Source of the DNA: a virus
IMG/VR virus record: IMGVR_UViG_3300027733_000033
Reading direction: 5' to 3' (one strand)
DNA: 64,000 nucleotides
Part shown: piece after piece, positions 27,576 to 36,821 of the stretch
How positions within the stretch are numbered: position 1 is the first letter of the stretch
Layout: every line of letters begins with the position of its first letter
Position numbers and translations under genes: made by a program
Notes under the pieces: generated by a model
What the model saw: only the letters and a program-made list of their open reading frames with translations
What the model was told of the DNA's origin: nothing
Databases searched by the model: none

Positions 27576-27960
27576 GTTTTTGTTTCCCACCCGTACCCAT
27601 TTGTTCTCTGACAGTATCAATTTGACTTTCAGTTAATAAGGTAAGAGCCAACGCTCCTTTTTCTTTGCTGTAATTAAAATAATCGCACACCAAATTCAAA
27701 TCATCTGAACTATCGGCTTTCTTGACCCATTTAGAAAATCGTTTTTTCTTTTTAATAGACGCCAGTAAAAAATCATTTGCCATATCTTTTGGTAGATTAG
27801 GATAACGGTTCATTTCGTTAGCCTGTAACACCGTGTCGACATAATAAGATAAACCCCTGTTAATGATAAAAGGTGTATATTCTTTAACAGATTGTTCATC
27901 AACAAGTAAATTTTCTTTCGTGAAGTTTATAGCTGTTAAGTAATCAAACAATTTTGCCAT
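27562..27960 (-). CDS. 62: clamp loader small subunit
   Basis: FDYL.AIN, Y.PFIINRGLS, ANEMN, KKRFSKW; position after gp44. Confidence 0.93.
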   Translation of the reverse strand: MAKLFDYLTAINFTKENLLVDEQSVKEYTPFIINRGLSYYVDTVLQANEMNRYPNLPKDMANDFLLASIKKKKRFSKWVKKADSSDDLNLVCDYFNYSKEKGALALTLLTESQIDTVREQMGTGGKQKHGKV

Positions 27961-28371
27961 AGTGTATCCCATAATATAAATGTGACATCATTATTATTTA
28001 TAAGTTTTTATTCTTGGTCAATAATATAGATAATGTAATCTGGAAACGAATCTTTCAAATACTGAATTAAAGTGTTATAATCATCGCTTTTACCCAGATA
28101 CTTTGAAGTCTTATTTTCATAGGCGAAAAATAGGTCGTCATGTTTTTCTATTTTAACGTAAATAGATTTCGCACCATCAAACTTAAGAGTGCGCCCGTAT
28201 AACATACCTAGAAAAAAAGAAGCCGCCATTAAACAAACAGTAGAGATTAATTGAATCATAATTTATGTAATGTCTCAAAAGGATGGAAAATAAATTTAAT
28301 TATTTGTTCAGCTGTGTACCATATACCGGTTAAAACGTTTATGATACAGCTAATAATTACAGCTAATGTAT

Positions 28372-29322
28372 TCATTTGAAATTTACACTGGACATAATTT
28401 CAGTAAGCGCCGCCATAATATTTAACTCTTGATCGGCAACAAAAGCAGATTTATATGAATAGTCTGCCATAATTAAAATCAACTGAGGAACAGAATTAGG
28501 CTCAACCAAAGTCGATGAATAATCATAAAAATGTCTGAATAACTCTACGCAATCAACATCATTCATACCTACCCATTTTCTAACTTCAGTAAAGTTTTTT
28601 TCTTTTATATAGCCGATTAATGCTTTATAAGAATCATCACTAAAGTTAGACAATATACCAGAATCAATTTTACCTGATACAGAATAACGCTGTAATTCAT
28701 TAAGAACTCTACGGTAGTCTGGGAAGAATTTAGTAATAACCTCAGCTACCACCTTTGGGTCGTATTCAACTTTTTCTTCAACAAGAATAGCACATGCTCT
28801 TTTAAAGAATTTAGCCGCTAACTCTTGTTTCTCACTTTTTTCAATAGTGAAGTTCAAAGCCGTACATCTTGAATGAATAGGTGCAATCAACTTTTGAGGA
28901 AAATTACAAGTAAGAATAAATCTACAATTAGCACTGAAAGTTTCAATAAAACCACGCAATGCTGGCTGAAAAGAATTAGCGTTTAAGCCGTCAGCTTCAT
29001 CAAGAATAACAACTTTAGTGCCACCGCCAAATGATACAGTAGAAGCAAATGATTGGATTTTACTTCTAAGAACATCAATACCAGACTCCATAGATGCGTT
29101 AATGAATAAAACGTCAGCATCTAATTCATTACAAAGCGCAAATGCTGCTGTAGTTTTACCAGTACCCGCGCCGCCTGAAAATAACATATTAGGAATCTCG
29201 CCTTGTTTTACGATATCTTTTAATGTTTGTTTCATTCGTTCAGGTAAAATACAATCCTCAATTTTAGATGGACGGTATTTTTCAACGTACAAAAATTCTT
29301 CTGGTTTTGCTATCAAACTCAT
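28372..29322 (-). CDS. 44: clamp loader large subunit
   Basis: EKYRP, GGAGTGKTT, ILDEAD, HSRC, FPDYRR motifs. Confidence 0.96.
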   Translation of the reverse strand: MSLIAKPEEFLYVEKYRPSKIEDCILPERMKQTLKDIVKQGEIPNMLFSGGAGTGKTTAAFALCNELDADVLFINASMESGIDVLRSKIQSFASTVSFGGGTKVVILDEADGLNANSFQPALRGFIETFSANCRFILTCNFPQKLIAPIHSRCTALNFTIEKSEKQELAAKFFKRACAILVEEKVEYDPKVVAEVITKFFPDYRRVLNELQRYSVSGKIDSGILSNFSDDSYKALIGYIKEKNFTEVRKWVGMNDVDCVELFRHFYDYSSTLVEPNSVPQLILIMADYSYKSAFVADQELNIMAALTEIMSSVNFK

Positions 29323-29392
29323 AAGTGTATCCTCAATAATATCATAATAAACAATTGAAGCTGATTATCGGCTCAGCTTCAAGCCGGCTATC

Positions 29393-30052
29393 TTACTCGA
29401 ATGAAGAATCTGACTCAACGGCAAGGAAATACACGGTATCTTTGGTTTTATGTTTAAATCTTGAAATCTTTTTAGTCGAGATAGATACGGTATAATCGCC
29501 GTGTACTAATTTTAACAAACCAATTTTTAGGTAAACTTTAAATGTGGTAGAAGTGGAACCAACTTCAACTTCATACACGTTAGACGAATCAACCTTTTTA
29601 TCGCCGACTCGGATAACAATCTTATTGCCATCGCCAATTAAGGCTAAGTCTTGCGCTTTCAATACCGATGCTGTACGATTAATCATATCAAGCATACTGT
29701 CGGTTAACTCAAACTCAATATCTGCATCAGGAAATTTAATTTCTTTAGTCGGTACGGTTAAAACGTTTTCAGCCGCTGAGTAATATTTAATGGAGTTATT
29801 GCCCTCAGCAATAGTGACATATTTATCGTTAAATGTCAACTCAGGATCGTTAAACAAAGAAACAGCACCCAAGAATTCTGAAATATCGTAGATGCCAAAA
29901 GTGGTATCAAATGATTCAGCAATAGCACTATCAGCCATAATGTTTTTTTGTACTGAAACCGTAGAAAGTTTGTTTCCAGGTTTTAGCATCACATTAGGAT
30001 TAATAGACGCAAAGTTTTTTAGAATTGCTTGGGTTTCTTTTGACAATTTCAT
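29393..30052 (-). CDS. 45: sliding clamp
   Basis: ILKNFASIN, FGIYD..EFL, C-terminal LAVESDS; position before gp44. Confidence 0.95.
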   Translation of the reverse strand: MKLSKETQAILKNFASINPNVMLKPGNKLSTVSVQKNIMADSAIAESFDTTFGIYDISEFLGAVSLFNDPELTFNDKYVTIAEGNNSIKYYSAAENVLTVPTKEIKFPDADIEFELTDSMLDMINRTASVLKAQDLALIGDGNKIVIRVGDKKVDSSNVYEVEVGSTSTTFKVYLKIGLLKLVHGDYTVSISTKKISRFKHKTKDTVYFLAVESDSSFE

Positions 30053-30977
30053 AATGTTCCTTAATAATGTAAATAAAAATATATAGTAAATGATTTTGCG
30101 TCAAAAGTAAAATTCACTTTTGAATACACTGTAATGTATACGAACCTGAAATATCGCTGAACATGCTAGCAAGAATAGTCTTTTCAATTTTTAAGGCGTT
30201 TTCACATGTTAATGCGTTATTTAATTCAGTTGACGTAATTTTTAAGTCATAGCCGCCGTCTATATGAGTCATAGTTGTAATCAATAATATAAATGTTTTC
30301 AAAATTTCACCTTGAAGTCCAGTTTGTTGCGGGTTAAAAACTCAATCGCTTTTTCGTATGTAGCATCATCTTCAGCATTAACTTCAAACAGGTCGTCGTA
30401 AACGATACCTTCTAAGTTATCAGAAACATCACCCTCAACACGTAAAACAATTTTATAGGGTTGACGAATAGCTTCTAGCGTAAGGTTTTTGTTGTTATTT
30501 ATAACAGAAAGCGTAATAAGGCTCATATTATCTCCCCATTGGATTAGTGTTAACAACACGGATTCTATCGCCGTAATGGATTTTTCTATATGTATAGAAT
30601 TTATCGCGTTTTATGTCAATCCTAACTTTACGGTTCAAATGCTCTCTTGATTTACGCATTGGAGTAATAATCGAAAACAATTCGTCTTTCTCGCTAATCA
30701 TGGTATCACCTCAAAAATTAATAATAAATTTAAACTACAATAGCAATTATACTCTGTTTTTATAAAAAGTAAAGCTTTTTTTAATAATCTGCGCTAATAT
30801 AAACCCGTTCACTTTGTTCTGACGTTTCAACATGTAAACAGTATCCAACAGGAATAATCATATCGTCAATCAAAACATCGTCACCTCTACGGTAAACCAT
30901 AGACCCATGTTTACAGTGGTCGTGAATTAAATCTGATAAAGCTTTGAAGTTTTTACCGGTATATCTTACTGAGGATT

Positions 30978-31340
30978 TCATTCAATACCCCGTTCATCAA
31001 ACTCATACAAAAACATTAAATTACATGCGGCGTGGAGTAAATGGGATTTGCCTGTTTCGTCATCATTTTTATCACCTTTAAGGTAATCGTACACATGTCG
31101 TAATAACGCATCAGTATAACGTTTTCTAGCATCTGGTACGATTAACCAATTATCTTCATCGTACTTTTCAGCGCCGCTTGTTAGTATAGAACCAACACCC
31201 TCTATGAAATATGGACTTAACAATCTGTATTTAACCTTTCCAGTATCAAATTTTCTTCCAACTGAGGATAGGTCTTTTGTTTCTGTTTCATTTTTAGAAT
31301 TACTGTAATTAGCGAATGCCACGTCTTTTTCTCTCTTCAA
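30978..31340 (-). CDS. dATP/dGTP diphosphohydrolase N-terminal-domain (DUF5664-like) protein
   Basis: KFDTGK, GAEKY..DNW, ALLRH, D.ETG.SHL.HAACNLMFL. Confidence 0.85.
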   Translation of the reverse strand: MKREKDVAFANYSNSKNETETKDLSSVGRKFDTGKVKYRLLSPYFIEGVGSILTSGAEKYDEDNWLIVPDARKRYTDALLRHVYDYLKGDKNDDETGKSHLLHAACNLMFLYEFDERGIE

Positions 31341-31845
31341 TTATATCATCTAACGAAATAGGGTAAAAATCAGTTCTTTCAACACTGACGTTCATATACC
31401 TATTATCTGGAGTTCCGTCCGGTAAAAGTACAACTTCATTATGTAAATGTCCATGAATTTGAAACCCCCACCGCCCTAAACAATCTGGGTGGACCGGAAT
31501 ATGACCAAACAACATATTATCAATAACATGATATGCCCTGATGTCTTTAAAGTAAGGTAGATATTTGTCCAATTTGAAAATATCATGATTCCCTTTAATC
31601 AACCTCAAATCTTTACAGTTCAGCCGTTCTAACATAGGGAGCGCTCTTAAATTTAAAGCAACATCACCTAAAATGTAACATTTATCTTCTGGTTTAACCC
31701 TTTCGTTGAAACGCTCAACTAAAACTTCGTCCATTTCTTCGATTGAATCCCATGGTCTAAGTTTACTCCCATCATAATTTAAAAATTTACACATTCCGTG
31801 ATGCCCAAAGTGCAAATCCGAAGTAAGCCAGATGTTCATTTTCAC
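31309..31845 (-). CDS. metallophosphoesterase
   Basis: SDLHFGH, LGD, GNHD, HIP, HGHLH, NVSVE motifs. Confidence 0.9.
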   Translation of the reverse strand: MKMNIWLTSDLHFGHHGMCKFLNYDGSKLRPWDSIEEMDEVLVERFNERVKPEDKCYILGDVALNLRALPMLERLNCKDLRLIKGNHDIFKLDKYLPYFKDIRAYHVIDNMLFGHIPVHPDCLGRWGFQIHGHLHNEVVLLPDGTPDNRYMNVSVERTDFYPISLDDIIEERKRRGIR

Positions 31846-33200
31846 TCCTTATGTAGTTTCTTAGATTTAATCCAAGAATTATCAATATCATTATCTAATG
31901 TCAAATCTTTACCCTTTATAATAGCGCCGCCGGTTAATACTACATCTTCATTATCGGCAATCACTAGATATGCCTCACCAAAGTAAACCTTTCTAGACTT
32001 CTTAGTTGAATTCAGCAAATTACGAATATCATTCCGTTCAGAGGTATCAACCTCCCCAGAAACATAATGTATCGTTCTGTCAGAACCTTTATCTTTTAAC
32101 AGCTCTAATATTGCCTTTCCGTGTGATATATAGTTAAACAGAATCAAAGTAACGCCGTCTAAAGACAATGTCAAATTTGAGATAAATTTGTTTCGCTTAC
32201 TGTCTAACGTCAAAAACTTAATTTCTTTTTGGTATTCTATTTTTTTACATAAGTCTTTAGATTCTTTAGGGTGATTTAATATAAGGCAATTAATGTTTAA
32301 TGGAGTGACTTCTTTATTATCCATCAACTCTTTTGTTGTTATTACCTTATAAACTTCACCAAATAAGCCGGTTAATTGTAGTTCTGATATATTTTTACCA
32401 TTAAGCGTTCCTGTTGTACCAAATCTGTATTTTACATCTGGCATATTATTCAGCAAAGTTGATGCTGATTTAGCCGCGTATGTATGACACTCATCTCCGA
32501 TAACAACATCTATATTTTCAAGGTCTTTAGGCTTTAATTTGTACAAACTTTGCCATGTTGAAATAGCACAGTTATGTTTAAATTCTCTAGTAAACCCTGA
32601 ATAGATTTTGTTACAGTTAGCATCTACACTCCACCCATTATGGCTTGAGTAATCTTGAAAATCAGAATACATTTGCTCAACTAAGGTTGTTGATGGAACG
32701 ATAATCAAACATCTTTTACCGGCGTTAATATACCAACGAATTAAACTGTAAATCATTAAAGACTTACCAGATGATGTTGGTGACACAAGAATACATCTAT
32801 TAAGATTAAGCGCCTTATGTACCGCGTCAAGTTGGTAATGTCTAAAATCAATAGGTTTGCTTCTTGCGTGTGGCTTTAATGCAGAACAAAAATTGTTTAC
32901 CAATTCAAGTGGATAATTGTTTTGTTCTTTTACATCATTTTTATATGCGATTTTGTATTCATTAATATCTGCGAATTTTTCAACATAACCTATTAAACCG
33001 GTCTGTAACAGCTTTTTATGAATATCGTATAACCGTGCTTTTCCATCCCAAATTTTGTTACGGAAAAGTGGCATAAATTTATATCCAGGAACAAAAAATG
33101 AGAAGTATTCATACAATTCAGATTCTATACCAAAATCATCAGCTGTTATCTTAATAAAGGCTTCATTCAGTTTTTCAACATAAAGCGTGCCGTTCGACAT
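31842..33200 (-). CDS. uvsW: UvsW helicase, N-terminal fragment (motifs Q-IV) with a 54-aa non-helicase tail
   Basis: FSFFVPGYKFMP..WDGK, PTSSGKS, STWQS, DECH, GTTGT, SGEVD..ER; motifs V-VI absent. Confidence 0.92.
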   Translation of the reverse strand: MSNGTLYVEKLNEAFIKITADDFGIESELYEYFSFFVPGYKFMPLFRNKIWDGKARLYDIHKKLLQTGLIGYVEKFADINEYKIAYKNDVKEQNNYPLELVNNFCSALKPHARSKPIDFRHYQLDAVHKALNLNRCILVSPTSSGKSLMIYSLIRWYINAGKRCLIIVPSTTLVEQMYSDFQDYSSHNGWSVDANCNKIYSGFTREFKHNCAISTWQSLYKLKPKDLENIDVVIGDECHTYAAKSASTLLNNMPDVKYRFGTTGTLNGKNISELQLTGLFGEVYKVITTKELMDNKEVTPLNINCLILNHPKESKDLCKKIEYQKEIKFLTLDSKRNKFISNLTLSLDGVTLILFNYISHGKAILELLKDKGSDRTIHYVSGEVDTSERNDIRNLLNSTKKSRKVYFGEAYLVIADNEDVVLTGGAIIKGKDLTLDNDIDNSWIKSKKLHKE

Positions 33201-33203
33201 TAA

Positions 33204-33244
33204 AAATCCTCATATATTCTATAATGAATTATATATAAGGATTT
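33204..33244 (-). promoter_or_regulatory. SD-occluding hairpin upstream of uvsW-N
   Basis: AAATCCTTATATA/TATATGAGGATTT 13-bp stem with one G-U covering GAGG; TATATA late-promoter-like sequence in the 5' arm. Confidence 0.65.
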
Positions 33245-33499
33245 CTGATTTAGCCGGCGTTGAATGAAGATATAATAATTTCGTTTGGTTTGATTCCTTT
33301 ATAGGCTAACCCGATAATTTCAACATTAACAGTATCAGGAGAATATGCCCAAACATCAGAACCCCATCTTCCTCCATATTGTCTGCTAGGATGAATTTCT
33401 TTAGCTTCTTCCTCAGAATATGCAGATACGACCATAGAATCGTATGTATCGTAGCCGCTTCGTTCAATTTGCCATAATCTATACAGAAAAAGTGATTTG

Positions 33500-34168
33500 T
33501 TATCCATTAATTTTAACTCTATCAAGTACTCGTTGGACTGAAACTGCTTGCCATTTACAACCTCTAGACGTTTTTACGTTTAATTTATTAAGATTATTCG
33601 CAATAGAATTTAAGGATTCTCCATTTTTTATGTTGTCTATAATAATATCGAATATAGAATATGCAAACAAATCAGCATTAGCCTTTCTAACAAGTAAACC
33701 CTTTTTTCTAGCAATAGGTAAGCTTTGTAAATTTCCTAAAGTTTCTCCTTTATCCTTTTTTACTTTTAGAGCAGCTTTAGTGCGTTTAGAAATTAATAAA
33801 ACTTCTTCCTCGGCTTTAGCTACATTCAATAAAAGTTTAGAATTGTCTATAGGTAACCCAATATCAACACAAACCAATTTTACGTTTTGCTGTAACAAAT
33901 TGGAAACAGCCCAAACATTTCTACTTAACCTGTCTGCAGAACTGACTATCAACATTAAATTGTCAGTTTTGCATTCTGATAAAATTTTACTTATGACTTT
34001 CCTATTTTTAAACTCACCTTTAGCAGATTTAATTTCATACTCAATTTTTACCAAATCAATATTATGTGAAATACAAAACTGTTCGATTTGCTTTTGCTGA
34101 GATTCTAAACCTAACCCTGATTCACCTTGTTCTTTAGAGCTAACTCTTACATAACCAATTGCTTTCAT
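33500..34168 (-). CDS. serine recombinase (resolvase/invertase domain plus C-terminal DNA-binding domain)
   Basis: YVRVSS.EQ (catalytic Ser), GLESQ, DRLSRN, ISKRTKAAL; IAN.LN...TSRGCKW..VSVQR. Confidence 0.9.
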   Translation of the reverse strand: MKAIGYVRVSSKEQGESGLGLESQQKQIEQFCISHNIDLVKIEYEIKSAKGEFKNRKVISKILSECKTDNLMLIVSSADRLSRNVWAVSNLLQQNVKLVCVDIGLPIDNSKLLLNVAKAEEEVLLISKRTKAALKVKKDKGETLGNLQSLPIARKKGLLVRKANADLFAYSIFDIIIDNIKNGESLNSIANNLNKLNVKTSRGCKWQAVSVQRVLDRVKING

Positions 34169-34531
34169 TGTTTATCCTTTACGTTTTGCAGTAGCCTTTC
34201 TTTTGTTAGAACGAATTAAACGTTCAGCGTAATCAAAACAAATACTTGGCATTTCTTCATTTTCATTAAGATCGCCTTCAAAGATTTTGTTTAACATACC
34301 GCGCTGTTCTACTCCATATTCATCGATATAAACCTCAACTTTGGCACCAAGTTTGATGTTAGCGTCAATAAAATCGCACGCAAAATATTCTAAATCTTTA
34401 CCTTTAGAAGTCTTAAATTTAAGCTTAGAATAAATCACTTGTTTAACGTGTTTTCTTTGTTCAACAGGGAAAGAGTTGATGAATACTTCAGATAGTGGTA
34501 AAGTAGTTGCTTCAGTCATGGTATTCTCCAA

Positions 34532-34780
34532 TTAGATATTAGACATTAATTCGTTAATTTTAGATTCTAATTCAGCTTCATTAAAACATATAAAAGAGAT
34601 ACCGCCGCCATAAGATTTGTTGCTGTACTTTTTACCGCCTATCTTTTTGGCTCTTGATAACGCAATGTTATAAGTAGCGTCAATATCATACCCATCACTT
34701 TCTTTAATGAACGTAAAAAAATGGCAAACAACTCTTGGGTTACCATCAACAGTACGGTTAATTCTTTCAAACTTAATCAT
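34532..34780 (-). CDS. hypothetical early protein
   Basis: GNPRVVCHF...GGKKY..KSYGGGI.F; in frame with the cassette ATG at 34816. Confidence 0.7.
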   Translation of the reverse strand: MIKFERINRTVDGNPRVVCHFFTFIKESDGYDIDATYNIALSRAKKIGGKKYSNKSYGGGISFICFNEAELESKINELMSNI

Positions 34781-34786
34781 ATTAAA

Positions 34787-34861
34787 CACTCCAATAACGT
34801 TATAGGTTAACTTCATTAATATCTATTATACTATGTTTTTATCAAAAGTAAAGCTTTATTT
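34787..34861 (-). promoter_or_regulatory. class-1 early promoter cassette
   Basis: Same repeat motif. Confidence 0.85.
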
Positions 34862-34876
34862 TTAATAAAACCTAAA

Positions 34877-34957
34877 ATATTTTTAAGCGCTTAACCTCAA
34901 TTCACGCCCGACTAGGCTATTATACGTGTTTGAAGATATAAAGTAAAGTTTTATTTT
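34877..34957 (-). repeat. class-2 promoter element
   Basis: Same ~42-nt conserved block after TATAAT. Confidence 0.85.
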
Positions 34958-34963
34958 AGGCAC

Positions 34964-34992
34964 AAAAAAGCCGACGATTAAGTCGGCTTTTT
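34964..34992. terminator. rho-independent terminator after gp3
   Basis: AAAAAGCCGAC/GTCGGCTTTTT perfect IR. Confidence 0.85.
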
Positions 34993-34993
34993 G

Positions 34994-35506
34994 CTATAGG
35001 GTTTCAAATTTGAAGAAAGTATAATTGAACGTCACATCACATGTTAGATAAGTAACATCTGACTGGTTAGTAACCATTGTCAACCCACCTAATTCTATCG
35101 GTCGTAAATCATAAAACGTTATATTTCGAATCACATTATTAGATGAAGATAAAATTTGTAAATTACCATCAGATACTTCATTCAAATTACTCCCCGCTAT
35201 AAAATCGCTAAACTGGATTCTTGCTTCGGGAAACCCTAACCCAACCATCCATTTATAAATAGCTAGATAATTGCTCATATCTTCATCTACTATAAAGCTA
35301 ACAGTCAAGTCTGAATACTGAAGATTGACCCCTGATGTATAAAAAGTAGATAGAGGAGTTTGAATTTCAGCTGGAGGTAAAGACACACTGGGTAACGTTA
35401 CTTCTTGAGCAAAGTAAGTTAACTCAGGTATCTTCTGGATGCTGAATGTAAATCCAGACGCACTTAACGGATTCACATTATGCTGATTTGCGACAAAGTT
35501 TGCCAT
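34994..35506 (-). CDS. 3: tail tube terminator / tail completion protein
   Basis: NPLS..GF.F.I.KIP...YF.Q.V.LP, FIVDEDMSNY..IYKWM.GLGFPE; position near gp23/uvsY. Confidence 0.88.
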   Translation of the reverse strand: MANFVANQHNVNPLSASGFTFSIQKIPELTYFAQEVTLPSVSLPPAEIQTPLSTFYTSGVNLQYSDLTVSFIVDEDMSNYLAIYKWMVGLGFPEARIQFSDFIAGSNLNEVSDGNLQILSSSNNVIRNITFYDLRPIELGGLTMVTNQSDVTYLTCDVTFNYTFFKFETL

Positions 35507-36275
35507 TTTTAACCTTTTAACGAAAGTGGAATTTTTAGGCTTATCTGTGCTACTTGGATAAAAAACATACCAACACCAAATAGCGCAATATATGTTCCTA
35601 GAATTGGTTCAATACCGGTTACCATCAACAGGATACCAATAAAGGCTAACCCGTTGGTGTAAATTGTATAATACTCGCTTTTTTTCATAATTGAAAAATC
35701 CCATTGTAGGGTTGAAATAATGTTACTCACGGTTGAGTAACCTCTTTAGTTTTGGGAGTAATTTTGCTCGTGACATTTTTACTTCCACTAGTATTTAATG
35801 GTAGATACCCGTTCAACAAATTTGACACTGTGTAAATAGCGTAAACTACAATTCCGCAACCCATTGCTGCTTTAAGCGTTGACGCAAGGTTATAGCCAAT
35901 TTCTATCATAATATAATCCTCAAATTTACCAATTAGATTCATCAACGACCGGAATGGTCAATTCTGTCATAATACCGTTAACCTGATATTCAAATTTTAC
36001 ATGCAAAGTATATCCGATGCCGGTTGTATCTGTATGTAATAAATCAATATGCTGTACTTCAGGGAATTTCTGTAACAAACTAGAAATATCGTTTACATCA
36101 CTCACACTGATGTTTTTTATCTTATTCATAATCACCGCGCAAGTAAGCTTTAATCCCGTCTTCAATCTCACGGGTTCGTTTTTTCTTAGGTAAATGAACA
36201 TGACTTTTTCTTAACAAAGGACTGTTTAAAATCTTTTCCTTTGTTAAATCATCATAATTGTACCCACCTTTTATT

Positions 36276-36551
36276 TTACCATCTGTATAGTTCATATTCT
36301 CCACGCTCAAGCATACGCTGTCTTAATTGGTTTTCTCTAATTTGTTCTCTTAACATTTCTCTTCTTTCATACTCTCTATATCCATATTCCCTTTCACGTA
36401 AGATAACAACATCTCTTTCCACAGGTTGACTATATACTGACCCAAGAATAACACCGCCGATTATAGCAGGTGCTATCCAATCATTTTCATGTGCAACCCC
36501 AACAGAAGGGATAGTTAAGGCTAACGCCGCAATCAATAATTTGTTTTTCAT
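36276..36551 (-). CDS. secreted or membrane small protein
   Basis: Signal peptide MKNKLLIAALAL; WIAPAIIGGVILG segment. Confidence 0.65.
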   Translation of the reverse strand: MKNKLLIAALALTIPSVGVAHENDWIAPAIIGGVILGSVYSQPVERDVVILREREYGYREYERREMLREQIRENQLRQRMLERGEYELYRW

Positions 36552-36555
36552 ATTA

Positions 36556-36624
36556 CACTCCATTAAGGTTTAACTTCATTAAGATCTATTATACTATGAT
36601 TTTTGTAAAAGTAAAGCTTTATTT
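36556..36624 (-). promoter_or_regulatory. class-1 early promoter cassette
   Basis: Same repeat motif. Confidence 0.85.
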
Positions 36625-36688
36625 TAAATTATTTTTCATCAAATATAAAAAGCTAGACTTTTCTATTTTATCTATAATTTTTATCTAG

Positions 36689-36774
36689 GTTTTTCGTAAG
36701 TCATTGATTTATAAAGGTTTATTAAAATTAGGGATAAAAATAAAAGCTAATGAAATCAATGACTTACGAAAAAC
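36689..36774. repeat. 22-bp perfect inverted repeat, each arm an IHF-consensus site
   Basis: GTTTTTCGTAAGTCATTGATTT / AAATCAATGACTTACGAAAAAC; AATCAATGACTTA fits WATCAANNNNTTR. Confidence 0.8.
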
Positions 36775-36821
36775 GTAAAATTAAATTGGTGACCCTGTAG
36801 GTAAGGTAGGGTTGAAAATAG

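Noticed and set aside
5288-33200. Canonical trans-splicing split intein or group I intron joining the uvsW halves
   Set aside because: No block-A nucleophile context, TxxH or terminal HN|C/S/T; no intron core noticed; the intervening 26 kb holds essential genes.
33500-34168. Recombinase as an integrase or IS607 element
   Set aside because: Too short for a large serine integrase, no N-terminal MerR-like HTH or tnpB partner, no repressor or att evidence.
271-36624. Dispersed repeats as a CRISPR array
   Set aside because: Copies are hundreds to thousands of nt apart, separated by genes, and contain promoter boxes; no cas genes.
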